A stretch of 64,000 nt of DNA from the NCBI GenBank assembly GCA_020137815.1, contig CM035355.1, positions 3,844,001 through 3,908,000 of the forward strand. Reading direction: 5' to 3'. The number at the start of each line of letters is the position of its first letter. Within the stretch, counting starts at the first letter, position 1. This DNA is from Hormiphora californensis (lineage: Eukaryota; Animalia; Ctenophora). The notes under the pieces are model-generated. The model was not told the origin of the DNA, made no database searches, and saw only the letters and a program-made list of their open reading frames with translations. Of the stretch, positions 35,201 to 46,347 are shown one piece after another. The translations under genes were made by a program, and so were the position numbers.

Positions 35201-38200
35201 ATTTTGCCACCTGCTGGTCTCAGGGCCTCCAAATATGTCAAAATATGTCTGAATTGTCATTTGGGGTCATTTAGACCTTTTAATTACATGTAATTACCCT
35301 TTAATTACATGTAATTACATTTTAATTACATGTAATTACTTCCAATTACATTCCAATTACTTCAGCACCTCGAGAGCTTTCGAACGCACCCTAGAACACC
35401 TTTCTACTCCTTCTAATTGTCGAGTTCTGTATACCCCTTATTTTGACTGTTTTTCGCGTCCTACCCCTTATAGGTTTGGGTATGGCCATCGCCACACCCC
35501 CTATACGTCGCGGGACCTCGAGACCTTTCCAACGAGCCATAGAACACCTCTCTACTACTTCAGGGGGCTTCAAAACTTTCACTCTAAAAATATCTATGGT
35601 TATGGTTTTATGGTTTTATGGTTTATGGTTTTTTTTTCATCTGGTATTAAGGGCCTGTCGGCTCGGCCCTGTTGTTTTAGTTTTAGGGGGGATGTTTTAG
35701 GGGGGATGGGTTGAGTTTGGGTTAGATTCGGGTCGGGGGGCCTTGCCAGGCCCCGAATGGTTATGGTTATGGTTTTTTTTTCATCTGGTATTAAGGGTAC
35801 GCTAACCAAAATTTTTTTTCGAGTGCAGGGAAATCTCTCACCGTAGGGTTGTAGGCCATGCCAAGGAGACCTCAAATATGCAATTTGAGCTCTCAAGTCG
35901 AATTCATATTTTTGCTACAGCTGCTTGAAAAATGAACTGAAAATAAGTTTTTGGCATCTTAAAAATACATTTGTAAAGATAGGATCATAAAAATTTGTGG
36001 ATTTGAAGAGGACAAAGAGGTGAGTAGCCACAAAAATTTTTTTTGAAATTCGAGCTGATTTTCGGTCCTGAGGTGGATTTCTTTTTTTCCACTTTAACGC
36101 CCTATTTGGCAAAGTTCCGAAAACATGTGAAAGCTGTAAATTGGTGAAAAGTTGCGTCTAACGATTATCTAAGTGGCCATAAATTTTGGGCGTGTCCTTA
36201 TTTGAGATAAGCTGTACAGAGTTTTTTTTGTGAAAGCCGTCATTTCAGAAATAAATAAATTCCCTGTATCTCAAAAACGGTTGATCGTAGAGACCTGAGA
36301 CTATGCTTAAACGATTCAGAAGGTCCGATTTTGGGGGGGTCTTCTGAGAGACATTTTGCTCCTACTTCAACCGTTTTTGCTGTAATTGCGAAAAACAAAT
36401 TCTATGAAAAGGGCAAAAGCTAAACTCCAATATCCTGTAATTAGGGAATTTTAGCTAAGAAAGGACCGAAACTATGGAAAAATGTTTAACAAGCTAATTC
36501 CTTCACTATTTGGTCCATATGGGTCCCTATAATCATCAAAAACAAAATCACAAAAAATCCACGATGGCGAAGATGGGTTTTTGTTTTTCGCAATTACAGC
36601 AAAAACGGTTGAAGTAGGAGCAAAATGTATCTCAGAAGACCCCCCCAAAATCGGACCTTCTGAATCGTTTAAGCATAGTCTCAGGTCTCTACGATCAACC
36701 GTTTTTGAGATACAGGGAATTTATTTATTTCTGAAATGACGGCTTTCACAAAAAAAAACTCTGTACAGCTTATCTCAAATAAGGACACGCCCAAAATTTA
36801 TGGCCACTTAGATAATCGTTAGACGCAACTTTTCACCAATTTACAGCTTTCACATGTTTTCGGAACTTTGCCAAATAGGGCGTTAAAGTGGAAAAAAAGA
36901 AATCCACCTCAGGACCGGAAATCAGCTCGAATTTCAAAAAAATTTTTTGTGGCTACTCACCTCTTTGTCCTCTTCAAATCCACAAATTTTTATGATCCTA
37001 TCTTTACAAATGTATTTTTAAGATGCCAAAAACTTATTTTCAGTTCATTTTTCAAGCAGCTGTAGCAAAAATATGAATTCGACTTGAGAGCTCAAATTGC
37101 ATATTTGAGGTCTCCTTGGCATGGCATACAACCCTACGGTGAGAGATTTCCCTGCACTCGAAAAAAAATTTTGGTTAGCGTACCCTTAAGGGCCTGTCGG
37201 CTCGGCCCCGTTGTTTTAGTTTTAGGGGGGATGTTTTAGGGGGGATGGGTTGAGTTTGGGTTATATTCGGGTCGGGGGGCCTTGCCAGGCCCCGAATGGT
37301 TTTATGGTTTTTTTTTCATCTGGTATTAAGGGCCTGTCGGCTCGGCCCCGTTGTTTTAGTGTTAGGGGGGATGTTTTAGGGGGGATGGGTTGAGTTTGGG
37401 TTATATTCGGGTCGGGGGGCCTTGCCAGGCCCCGAATCCCCGCGATCGAGTAGGACACAACGATGAGGTTGCGATTTGCATTGAATTTCACAATTGTAGT
37501 GTGTGAATTATTATTTACGAACCCAGGAATATGCTCTGAACTGTTTCTCTCCATTTCCAGGGCTCAATGGAAAGGTTCATAATGAGTTGCTAAAGGGACT
37601 GTGTAATGGACTACCTCCCGTTGTAACAGAGCGGCTCATGGAAAAACTTGGTAAAACACATTTTATAACTTCGACGGACAGGAAATTTACTATTTACTAT
37701 TACTTTTTCGGTACTACCCGCATCCTCCGGCAGGTGCACAGTTGCTCGACAGTCTATTTCTGGCTGCTATTTCTGGCTGCTATTTCTGGCTGCTATTTCT
37801 GGCTGCTATTTCTGGCTGCTATTTCTGGCTGCTATTTCTGGCTGCTATTTCTGGCTGCAAGACCTATTTCTGGCTGCAAGACCTATTTCTGGCTGCAAGC
37901 AGCCAGAAATAGATTTAGCAGCCAGAAATAGATTTTAGCAGCCAGAAATAGGGTTTCTCTCACGTGATCTCTCTATCTCTGTATGGGATACGGGAGACGA
38001 ATCGGTGAAATGATTCGGTATCTGCAACTAATTGGGTATGGGATACGGGAAACGAATCGGTGAAGTGATTCGGTATCTGCAACTAATTGGGTATGGGATA
38101 TGAGAGGCACCTCTTTTGTTTTACCGGTCCCCTAGCTCCCAACTTGAAATTTACGCCATCGAATATGTGTTATCACACCCATTGCGTCAAATCACCGATA

Positions 38201-40732
38201 AACTGATCTCATATCACGCTGTGTAATATGTCGGGATAGCATAACCGATAAACATATCTCTTATAGTGTAACTTTTCATGCCTCGTGTCACAAACAAGGT
38301 CGGTGGGACCCATTATGACAATCCATTATAAAATGCCAAATTTTTGACGTCAAGGCATCGCAATCAATTATGCCGCCACCGGACAGTTCCTATACCTTCT
38401 CTCCCACGAAACGACAAAACCACGAACACTCCTTGATCGGGGACAACATCGAGTAGGAGCCTCGACATTTGCTCCCTCTGTATGGAGGGAAGACACCAGC
38501 TTCAGGCCTGCCCTCTGAACAGGCCCACATCTCCGCTCCGGATCCTGCGGCGTTTCAACCTGTGTGCCTGCCGGGAGGTATCGAGGACCGTAAACCTGGA
38601 TCTGAATACGCACCATAGTGGACCAGTTCCTATACGACCACCATCTTCCTCGCCAACACGTCCAGCAGCAGCGCCCGACTGAGGACAACACCATACTCGA
38701 TCTGCAACTAATTTGGCAGGTCCCGTATCCCATACCCAATTAGTTGCAGATACCGAATCATTTCACCGACTCGTCTCCCGTATGCCATACCCAATTAGTT
38801 GCAGATACCGAATTACTTCACCGATTCGTTTCTCGTATCCCATACAGAGATAGAGAGATCACGTGAGAGAAACCCTATTTCTGGCTGCTAAAATCTATTT
38901 CTGGCTGCTAAAATCTATTTCTGGCTGCTAAATCTATTTCTGGCTGCTTGCAGCCAGAAATAGGTCTAGCAGCCAGAAATAGGTCTTGCAGCCAGAAATA
39001 GCAGCCAGAAATAGCAGCCAGAAATAGCAGCCAGAAATAGCAGCCAGAAATAGACTGTCGAGCAACTGTGCACCTGCCCATCCTCCATATCCTTAAATCG
39101 ATAGTGTTTACGCAGTGAATACAGAGCGAATGCAGAGTGAATGCAGAGCGAATGCAGAGCGAATGCAGAGTGAATGCAGAGCGAATGCAGAGTGAATGCA
39201 GAGCGAATGCAGAGTGAATGCAGAGTGAATGCAGAGTGGTTCCAGAGTGAATACGCAGTGAATGCAGAGTGAATACGCAATCATTGGTAATATCCTACCA
39301 GAACTAGAATGCCGTAAATACGCAGTGATAAAAAAATCGGATATTGTTGCTACAATTGGTAGGATATTACCAATGATTGCGTATTCACTCTGCATTCACT
39401 GCGTATTCACTCTGGAACCACTCTGCATTCACTCTGCATTCACTCTGCATTCACTCTGCATTCACTCTGCATTCGCTCTGCATTCACTCTGCATTCACTC
39501 TGCATTCGCTCTGCATTCACTCTGCATTCGCTCTGTATTCACTGCGTAAACACTATCGATTTAAGGATATGGAGGATGCGGGTAGTACCACTTTTTCATT
39601 GTTAGTTTTACCCTTTCTTATGATAACCCAAGCTCTCCCTGCAATGATAACAGTGCTGCTTGCAGTCAAAATACGGTAACGCAAAATACAGTAAGGAGAC
39701 GCGCACGGTGCATAACGCGCGGCAAAAAGTTCATGTGTCAGCACGTACTAGCGCCCTGATTGGTCACGGTTGCGCGTCGTCTTACTGTATCTTCGTTTTC
39801 CATTACCGTTTTGCCACTACAAGCGACCGTGTAACCCATCCCCTCCCTCCCTGTAGCCTGTAAAGAGATGGATGCAGTACCTCATCTATTGTTCTACAAC
39901 AATGTACTGACTTGTCTGGTGTGTCACGACTACAAGAAACACTCTGAACTACTTTACAGGTACAGCATTGTGTGTTTAGTTGAGATGATTAGGACCCCCC
40001 TCCACCCTCCAAGCAAGCCAAGGGAGGGTGTGATTGATGAGACACCCATGAAATTTGGACTTTGTTAGCTGCAAAAATGCAGAACTACACCGATTTAGTG
40101 TAGTTCTGCATTTTTGTGCTAGCTCCTACGAAAGTGGTCGAGCAATTTCAAAAAGCGACTTTGTTAGCTGGTAACCAGCTAAGCTTGTAAAACTTATCAT
40201 TACCCCTGGTACCCAGTTAGTACCACTCATTATTTTCACAGAGAGTTGGGTACCTTATCTGATAGAGGGGTGTGTGAGGCTCTACTCCAACTCCTAGCAG
40301 ACCACCTTGACAGCGCCAGTAAATATGAACTATCTTCAACTCAGGTATTGGTAGAGCTTTTTCTTAAATTCTAGGTTATCTTTTTACGTACTGTAGTACA
40401 TAGTGGTACATGGTGTTGTGTGGCTCACACCGCTCTGTGATGGTTCGGGTGATATTTTAGTGTCAATCTACATCTTACCAAACAAACGCGTACCGGTACT
40501 GTCTGGCGGCGCCAAACTCCTGTTTCGATTCTCAGTGCACTCAGATCAGGTCGGCGCAGCCAGACAGTACCGGTGTACTATTCTGATATATTCTGACCCA
40601 GCAATATCCCCCAACTAGGTTGGTCGAGCGATTCTCTCTGCCAAGAGCTACGGCCAGCAGTTCATTAGTTCTGACGAGTTTGTCGTGTGTGCCTTGGACA
40701 CTTTTGTGGACGTAATACAGACACCCCCATAG
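31481..40732 (+). CDS. TPGS1: Tubulin polyglutamylase complex subunit 1
   Basis: Exons 31481-31582, 31833-31913, 32263-32368, 37561-37650, 39857-39959, 40242-40344, 40619-40732. RIIa-like LIENRPKDPITFLSQFF, LTHHSRPAFNDNVMAAY, GLNGKVHNELL and CKEMDAVP...VLTCLV match TPGS1 blocks as I know them. Confidence 0.88.
32505..37437. repeat. Head-to-tail array of two unrelated units (A ~445 bp x6, B ~120 bp x5) joined by GGTT(T)nAT ladders, in TPGS1 intron 3
   Basis: A (ctcgaccaaaacgcgg...aaaatatctat) starts at 32505, 32973, 33473, 33928, 34683, 35151. B (T-run+catctggtattaagggcc...ggccccgaat) at ~34417, 34555, 35638, 35782 (interrupted) and 37317. Confidence 0.92.
35795..37185. mobile_element. 1.39-kb foldback element with TTAA TSD and GG termini (Kolobok-like, non-autonomous), copy 1
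   Basis: TTAA|gggtacgctaacc...ggttagcgtaccc|TTAA; ~600-bp inverted arms with a ~185-bp spacer; splits a B unit at its TTAA. Confidence 0.9.
37710..39589. mobile_element. Second copy of the GGTACTAC foldback family (8-bp TSD), interrupted in its left TIR
   Basis: TSD ACTTTTTC (37702-37709, 39590-39597); same TIR and 11-bp arms as 27963-28995 but lacking the GA core. Confidence 0.9.
37729..39078. mobile_element. Nested foldback element, GG..CC termini, 8-bp TSD, 13-bp minisatellite arms
   Basis: TIR ggcaggtgcacagttgctcgacagtc / gactgtcgagcaactgtgcacctgcc; TSD CATCCTCC (37721-37728, 39079-39086); (ctatttctggctg)n arms. Confidence 0.9.
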
Positions 40733-41349
40733 ATAGAGCAGGGCAGATATTAAAGAGCAATCATCACGGTATGCAGATTTATATCAACCACAACACACCC
40801 TTGTACAGGGGGGGGGGGGAGGGAAACAAACGCTATCCAGATTAATGTTTAGGCTATGGGGTATGATGTAGTTCACATATGTAACTCGGTCTATCTCTTT
40901 CTCGTAATCTTCTTTCTAAGCATTTCAGTTTGTCTAAGATAATGTACGTAGAGGTCCAATCCTTCTCCCGATAAATGCGTTGTAAAGTGTCGAGTTGGTA
41001 TTTAAATTTGAAGCTAGGATAAGTTGTGGGGTGTAGCATTATTTTTATATGTTCTACTTGCACCAGACCTGTCAAGAACGTGTCAAGTTCCCCATGTCCA
41101 GTTTCGATAAAGTTTGGTGAATTATATACCTCCGTATAGTTGTCAGTTTAGGACATCTCAAAATAGATACTCAATTTCATTTAATTGGAATAACATCTCA
41201 ACGAAACGAAGATTTTTCAATCGAATTTTAGTGCAACATACATTATATAATCATGGGCTCATAAAAACGGTTAATGACTATATTTGTCACTTCTCATTTC
41301 CAAAACCATTAGTTCTCCGAAAATTTAAAACAATCCTCTTGATGGTTCC

Positions 41350-42673
41350 TTAATCCTCGTCGATTACAAGGTGCATTTCGTGAGCAGTAATCTGGCTGAA
41401 CACCCCAGAACTCTCGCAGGAACAGGGTAGCCGCTTGTGGGTCCAGGTCTGCTTGTAGGGCACCGATGATTGGTATCGAAACAGTAGAGCTGAACACTTC
41501 ACTTTCTTTCCGGCCGGGGCGTTACACATGTACTCCGCTTCTGTCGTGCTTTCCTCAGTCCGCTCAGTTCCGGATGAGTATTCATAGCTGGTAGAGATCT
41601 TGGTAGATACCTTACCATCATTTATGATTGGAATTCCAATAGAGAACTCTGTTCCGATAGTCACATTTGCCCCCGCTTTTTGGGTGAAACTGGTTGACTC
41701 AATCAGGGTCTCTCTCACCATGAACCTGCTATTCTGCTCAGTAGTCCCGTCCGAATTGTCTATCCGCTGATAGGCCACTGTCTCCGGGGGAAACTCGTGA
41801 ACCAATGCTTCATCAACCTGGTACTCAACATTCTCTAGCTCGTAATCCTCCATATTCAAGTCCTTACTGCAGTCACACTCAATATTGTTACAGTCCGTCA
41901 TACACATTTCCACCTGGAATTTCTTGTTTGTATTTTCTGTCAGAATCTGTATAACACGCACGTGAATTTGAGCCGCGGCGCGGCGCATCTGCACGTGCGG
42001 TTTTTCTGTTAAGACATTGCTGAACTACAGTGAACCACTCCCAGGAGTTACACTCGGTTCGGTCCACATCAGCAGTTCCATCGGGCTGTGCAGACAGATA
42101 CTTGCCATGTATGGACTTTAGGGAGATCTTGTTCTCATATTGGGATACCTTGAACAGCTCCCAGCTACTAGCTGCCCCTCGGTTCCACTCCAGCCTATTT
42201 CTATAAGGGGTCGCTGCTAGGTACTTGCCATGGGCTGATTTCAGGAAAAACGTGTCCTTCCCGAACTGCTCAAACTTGATTCTTTCCCAGCCACCATACC
42301 CAGTCCTATCCCAGTCGACGGAGCCATCGGGCTGGGCACTCAGAAACTTTCCATGAACTGATTTCAAGCCGATTGTATCACAGGCAAAGTACCCCCCACA
42401 CGGCACGTATGTTGTTTCCCCAGAAGTGCTGTCCTGTAGTACCATGTCCTTCCGAAGGGTGTAACTCCCCCCATTCTCCCGGGTTACACCCATACAATCC
42501 TCCCTCTCCAGACATGCTGCTTTGGCGCTGCTCAGGGTTGGATAGGAATGTGTTCCTGAGGAGTATGTGGAAAGGTATTTGTTGTCATATTGACACCATT
42601 GTGACACGCCTTTTCCAGATATTGTTGCGAACACTACCACCGTCAGAAAGAGCAGACTCCTTAAACATGCCAT
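41350..42673 (-). CDS. Secreted aerolysin/natterin-type beta-pore-forming protein with PAN/apple-like and fascin-like beta-trefoil domains (~402 aa)
   Basis: Exons 42673-42029 and 41913-41350 (phase-0 GT-AG intron joining WEWFT|VEMC). Signal peptide MACLRSLLFLTVVVFATISG; Cys module LSSAKAACLEREDCMGVT; three LKSxHGK(Y/F)LxA..W repeats; Ser/Thr-rich alternating beta region with GANVTIGTEFSIGIPII and APAGKKV...VPYKQT. Confidence 0.8.
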
Positions 42674-44430
42674 GTGAGATGGTCCTGCTATGCAAGATGG
42701 GTTATTATAACAAGTACTGGGACAGAATATATTTTATGGCTTATACCACAATGTTAAGAATATTAAAAAACTGCTCTATAAACTAAGTAGTCGATAGAAA
42801 ATGAACAACTATTTACTCAAGCAACTATGAAAAACGAGCACCTTGCGATAGTAGATTTGAGCACCTTGCGATAGTACACTTGAATATGTGGGGTATTCGT
42901 GCAATACAAGGAACAAACGCCTAAATCTTTTGAAGGTCCACAGAGGCGGTCCACCCTTTCGCAAACACGAGAGTCGAGAGACTTCCTGAGATTGGTGAAC
43001 CTATTATATACCCACCTTGGGCAATTTACTACTATTTATAACGATATGTTCTCAATAGTTGTCGCCTCGTTACTGTCAGAGCATTGGCCTGGAAGGCTCG
43101 TTATATGGCCGTGCATTGTCTCTAAATAGGACCTTGTTTGTCCGGCCCATTGTCAAATCGATTGTGTAGCTATGGAAAGTTGAAGCCTCGTTACTCAACA
43201 TTGAATGGTTGTAAGCCATATAATAGTACGTATGTGATTGTTACCTCTGCGGAACCTGCCAGAGATGGGTAGTCCCTGAAGACAGCGGGGCTAGTACCGG
43301 CGATATAGATGAAATCAATATACGCGATTAGTTATCTTCATATCTCGTATCGATGGTTGTCAATTCATGAATGCTTCGAACGTTTAGGTGGAGTGAATTA
43401 ACTCGTCAAGTCGGGATACATCATGGTACGCATATATCGAACACTTATTAAACGTACAACCATACAAGATGAAAATCGATTATAACTTCATTCTAACCAG
43501 ACACTTTTTGACGGGATTAGAGGGTGGTCTTCTCTCTCCATTGCCTTCCCCCTCTTGGGCGTTATTATCGATATATTCTAAAGAAGGTGAGAACTAGAAG
43601 TAGGAAGTTGTGAGCCGTGGGGTGGTTAAAGTGGTAAAATTAAAACACGACAAATTAAATGTAGTGGTATCAGCAACGGCTACAACAGCAATATAACGTT
43701 ACAATCTACAATAACAGATATAAAATATAGAACTCTCATCAACTAACTGAGTCAGAGTGGTTGAGAAAATCCGATGTTTTATGTTTTCTTGGCCTCTTAT
43801 ATTATAGTGATATGTCACCCTAGATCAATGAAATTTAATGCTCAAGCAAGAGTTGACATCTAAAAACCATGTAAATAAAATGTTTATACTATCTGTGTAT
43901 ATTTATCTAAATTAATATTTTTCTCACTCTATTAAAATGCTATTTAATTTCGTTGAAAATTAAACTCGTTGATCCCTAATGATGATACAGTTCCCTTTCA
44001 CTTCTCAACATTGTAACATTAAATAATAACACCAATCCAAGAAATTTGGATGAAGAACATTCCAAAAATAGCTTTCTATTTTCTTTTAACGAAAGGAAAG
44101 CATTTAAATCTTAAAACATACAGACGAGAGAGACTTTTCAAATAATCAAACTAGCTTCGTTAGCGTTTTTCTACTCGGACCCTCTTTTTTGGATGCAGCG
44201 GATTCGATTGTTCAAAATGAATACACTTAGTTAACATTGTGACAGCAAGCAGTTCATGGACGGGACACGGACGAAGTGTATCTGGGACACCATCGGGAGA
44301 GCTCTTCCTCGAGGATCCGGAACAGGAGTTGGAGGTATCTGGCCATGCCGGGCTGGGCTTACACGCAATACGCTCCAGGCCCTTCCGGTGACAATCGAGC
44401 AGCGGTTTTGTGAGTGATACCACTAGTTTC

Positions 44431-45333
44431 TCAGCTCTGGTAGCATTCTTTTTCCCTGTCGTGGGAGGCTTGTTTCGGTCGTTGGTGGTGGAGCCCCAGT
44501 TTTCTTCGGCTCCTCTGGGGCCTGGTAGTTGGTAGCTCCATGTTCTGTGGTTCCACTATGTTGTTAGGGACAACCAAAGCTGCCGTGACGTTAGGCCTCA
44601 AGATGGGTAGAGCGGCTGGGATAAAGGGGTTGACTGTTTGTGGTAGAACCCTCGTCGCTGCCACAGCGGCTGCAGCAGCTGCTGCCGGGATAAGGGTATG
44701 TGCAGGATGGCACGTGTCCGGCAGTACGGCCGTGGTCGGGATCGTCAGGTCCAGGGTTGTGACGAGGGGCTTATCGGAGAATAACCGCGGGTAGATGGCC
44801 GCGTTAGCTGGTCTTGTGTAGGAGTGGAGCGGGAAACTCTGGGCAAGGGTCATCTCGGGAACGGCATCGAGGGGCTTTGTCAGGTTATTGGGTGCGCTCC
44901 ATGTGATCTTGCTCTCTGGTTGGGCTGCCGCTGTGTGATGTCTCGGGTAGATGCACTGGTTCTGGTGGTGGAGGGGGAGACACCCGTTACACTTAATCGG
45001 GTTCCATGCGGCCGTTACCATGGGATCCATTGGGATACAGCATGGCGGGGGCAGGTAGCCTGCAAAGTCATCATAGTGAGCGATGGGCGTGTGGTAGGGG
45101 ATAAAGGGGTTCTCGCTGAGGGTCAGTGGAGGTCGATAGACTGCTCCGATTCCAGTTGAAATGACACTATCTCTTGTTATCATGCACTCCAATATGTGGC
45201 TCTTGTTGGCTGCCTGTTGGTAGGCGTCCACTGTCACCCCTGTCACGGGGAGGGTGGCCGATAGAAACTCTTCGGGATTGAAGTTCTCTTTTCCATCTCC
45301 CGTTGCGCATTGTGCCGGTCCTGTCCACGGCAT
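44431..45333 (-). CDS. Uncharacterised Pro/Ala/Thr-rich protein (probable single large exon)
   Basis: ~300-codon GC-rich ORF in AT-rich surroundings, preceded by a branch/acceptor (gctaattccccag|aaaaacatcATG). No domain recognised and the 3' end is uncertain. Confidence 0.5.
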   Translation of the reverse strand: MPWTGPAQCATGDGKENFNPEEFLSATLPVTGVTVDAYQQAANKSHILECMITRDSVISTGIGAVYRPPLTLSENPFIPYHTPIAHYDDFAGYLPPPCCIPMDPMVTAAWNPIKCNGCLPLHHQNQCIYPRHHTAAAQPESKITWSAPNNLTKPLDAVPEMTLAQSFPLHSYTRPANAAIYPRLFSDKPLVTTLDLTIPTTAVLPDTCHPAHTLIPAAAAAAAVAATRVLPQTVNPFIPAALPILRPNVTAALVVPNNIVEPQNMELPTTRPQRSRRKLGLHHQRPKQASHDREKECYQS

Positions 45334-46347
45334 GATGTTTTTCTGGGGAATTAGCAAGAGTTAGTAATAACAAAAGCACCAAGCTTATGTCCAGAAAACG
45401 ACATGGTACGGTCAATAGAATAAAAAGGAAGTTGCATAAAAACTGGTCCTATTTGTACCAGAGTTATGACAATCCCACCCGCGAAGTTCTCTCCATAAAA
45501 ACGTGTCAGATCTGCCTGTCCGCTAACAAGCTTATTAAATCTCGATCACGCACGGGAAAATTTACCTCCACCCGGCAAAGGAACATTTCATCCGACTGAC
45601 AGTAATGAACTGCGTGCTTATCCTAGCATTCTATGCAAATGTTCAAGTGCACGTTCACCACCCCAGCACTGAAGAATGCTGAATATACACTGTCAGAGCA
45701 TTGGCCTGACCCTATTCTCATTTCTTTCAAATATGGAGCGTGCGAGAACTGTGGCCTGACAAAATCTACATCATATAATATGTGTATACGTACCAAAAAT
45801 AAAGGTTTGTAAAGACCACTCTTTACGGATGCAGTGATTCTTCGTGAATTGGGTTGATGTCTAGCAACTGAACGGGAGAATGTTCGTGTTAGCATTTGAG
45901 GTCGTTTTGTAAATCAACAAATTAGTAAAGTAACTCAACTGTTTTGCTGTGTAGAATGTTATTTGTCGTCGGGGCGACTGATCTCATTCGGGCCAGTGGT
46001 TTTGTAACTATTGGCAGCTAACCGCTCCTCGGTCAGGTTGGGCTATAAAATGGGCGAATAGTTAGTTAGCTTTATAACTGCGTTTATAAGTTTTACACAA
46101 ATAATACTAAGTCCAATGAACGTTTTTATAGAGAAACAGTCACCACCTGCACCACCTGCACAGCACTCTCCAATATTTGGGGGTGCAGTGAGAGAGGGTC
46201 TAGCAAGGAACAATTAATGTGTTGATATGATCTTCCACAAATAGCAACATTATGTGCAAATAAATTGATTTTATAGTGGAGAGCGATATTGGAGATAGAT
46301 AATGGAGATAGTATATAATATGTCTTGAATATATATATGCAACTTAA

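Noticed and set aside
32745-35700. Repeated short ORFs (MKVLKPPEVVER..., MTVFRVLPLIG...)
   Set aside because: Chance ORFs in repeat unit A with non-ATG starts and variable ends; no protein motif.
35915-37065. Mirror-image ORFs MPNRALKWKK... in the TTAA foldback arms (also 46126-47860)
   Set aside because: Non-ATG short ORFs produced by the inverted repeat; no transposase features.
32505-37437. CRISPR array interpretation of the cassette array
   Set aside because: The long units are repeated rather than unique spacers, the linkers vary in length, there are no cas genes, and the context is a eukaryotic intron.
40854-41110. ~85-codon minus-strand ORF between TPGS1 and the pore-former
   Set aside because: No recognisable motif, start context or splice support.
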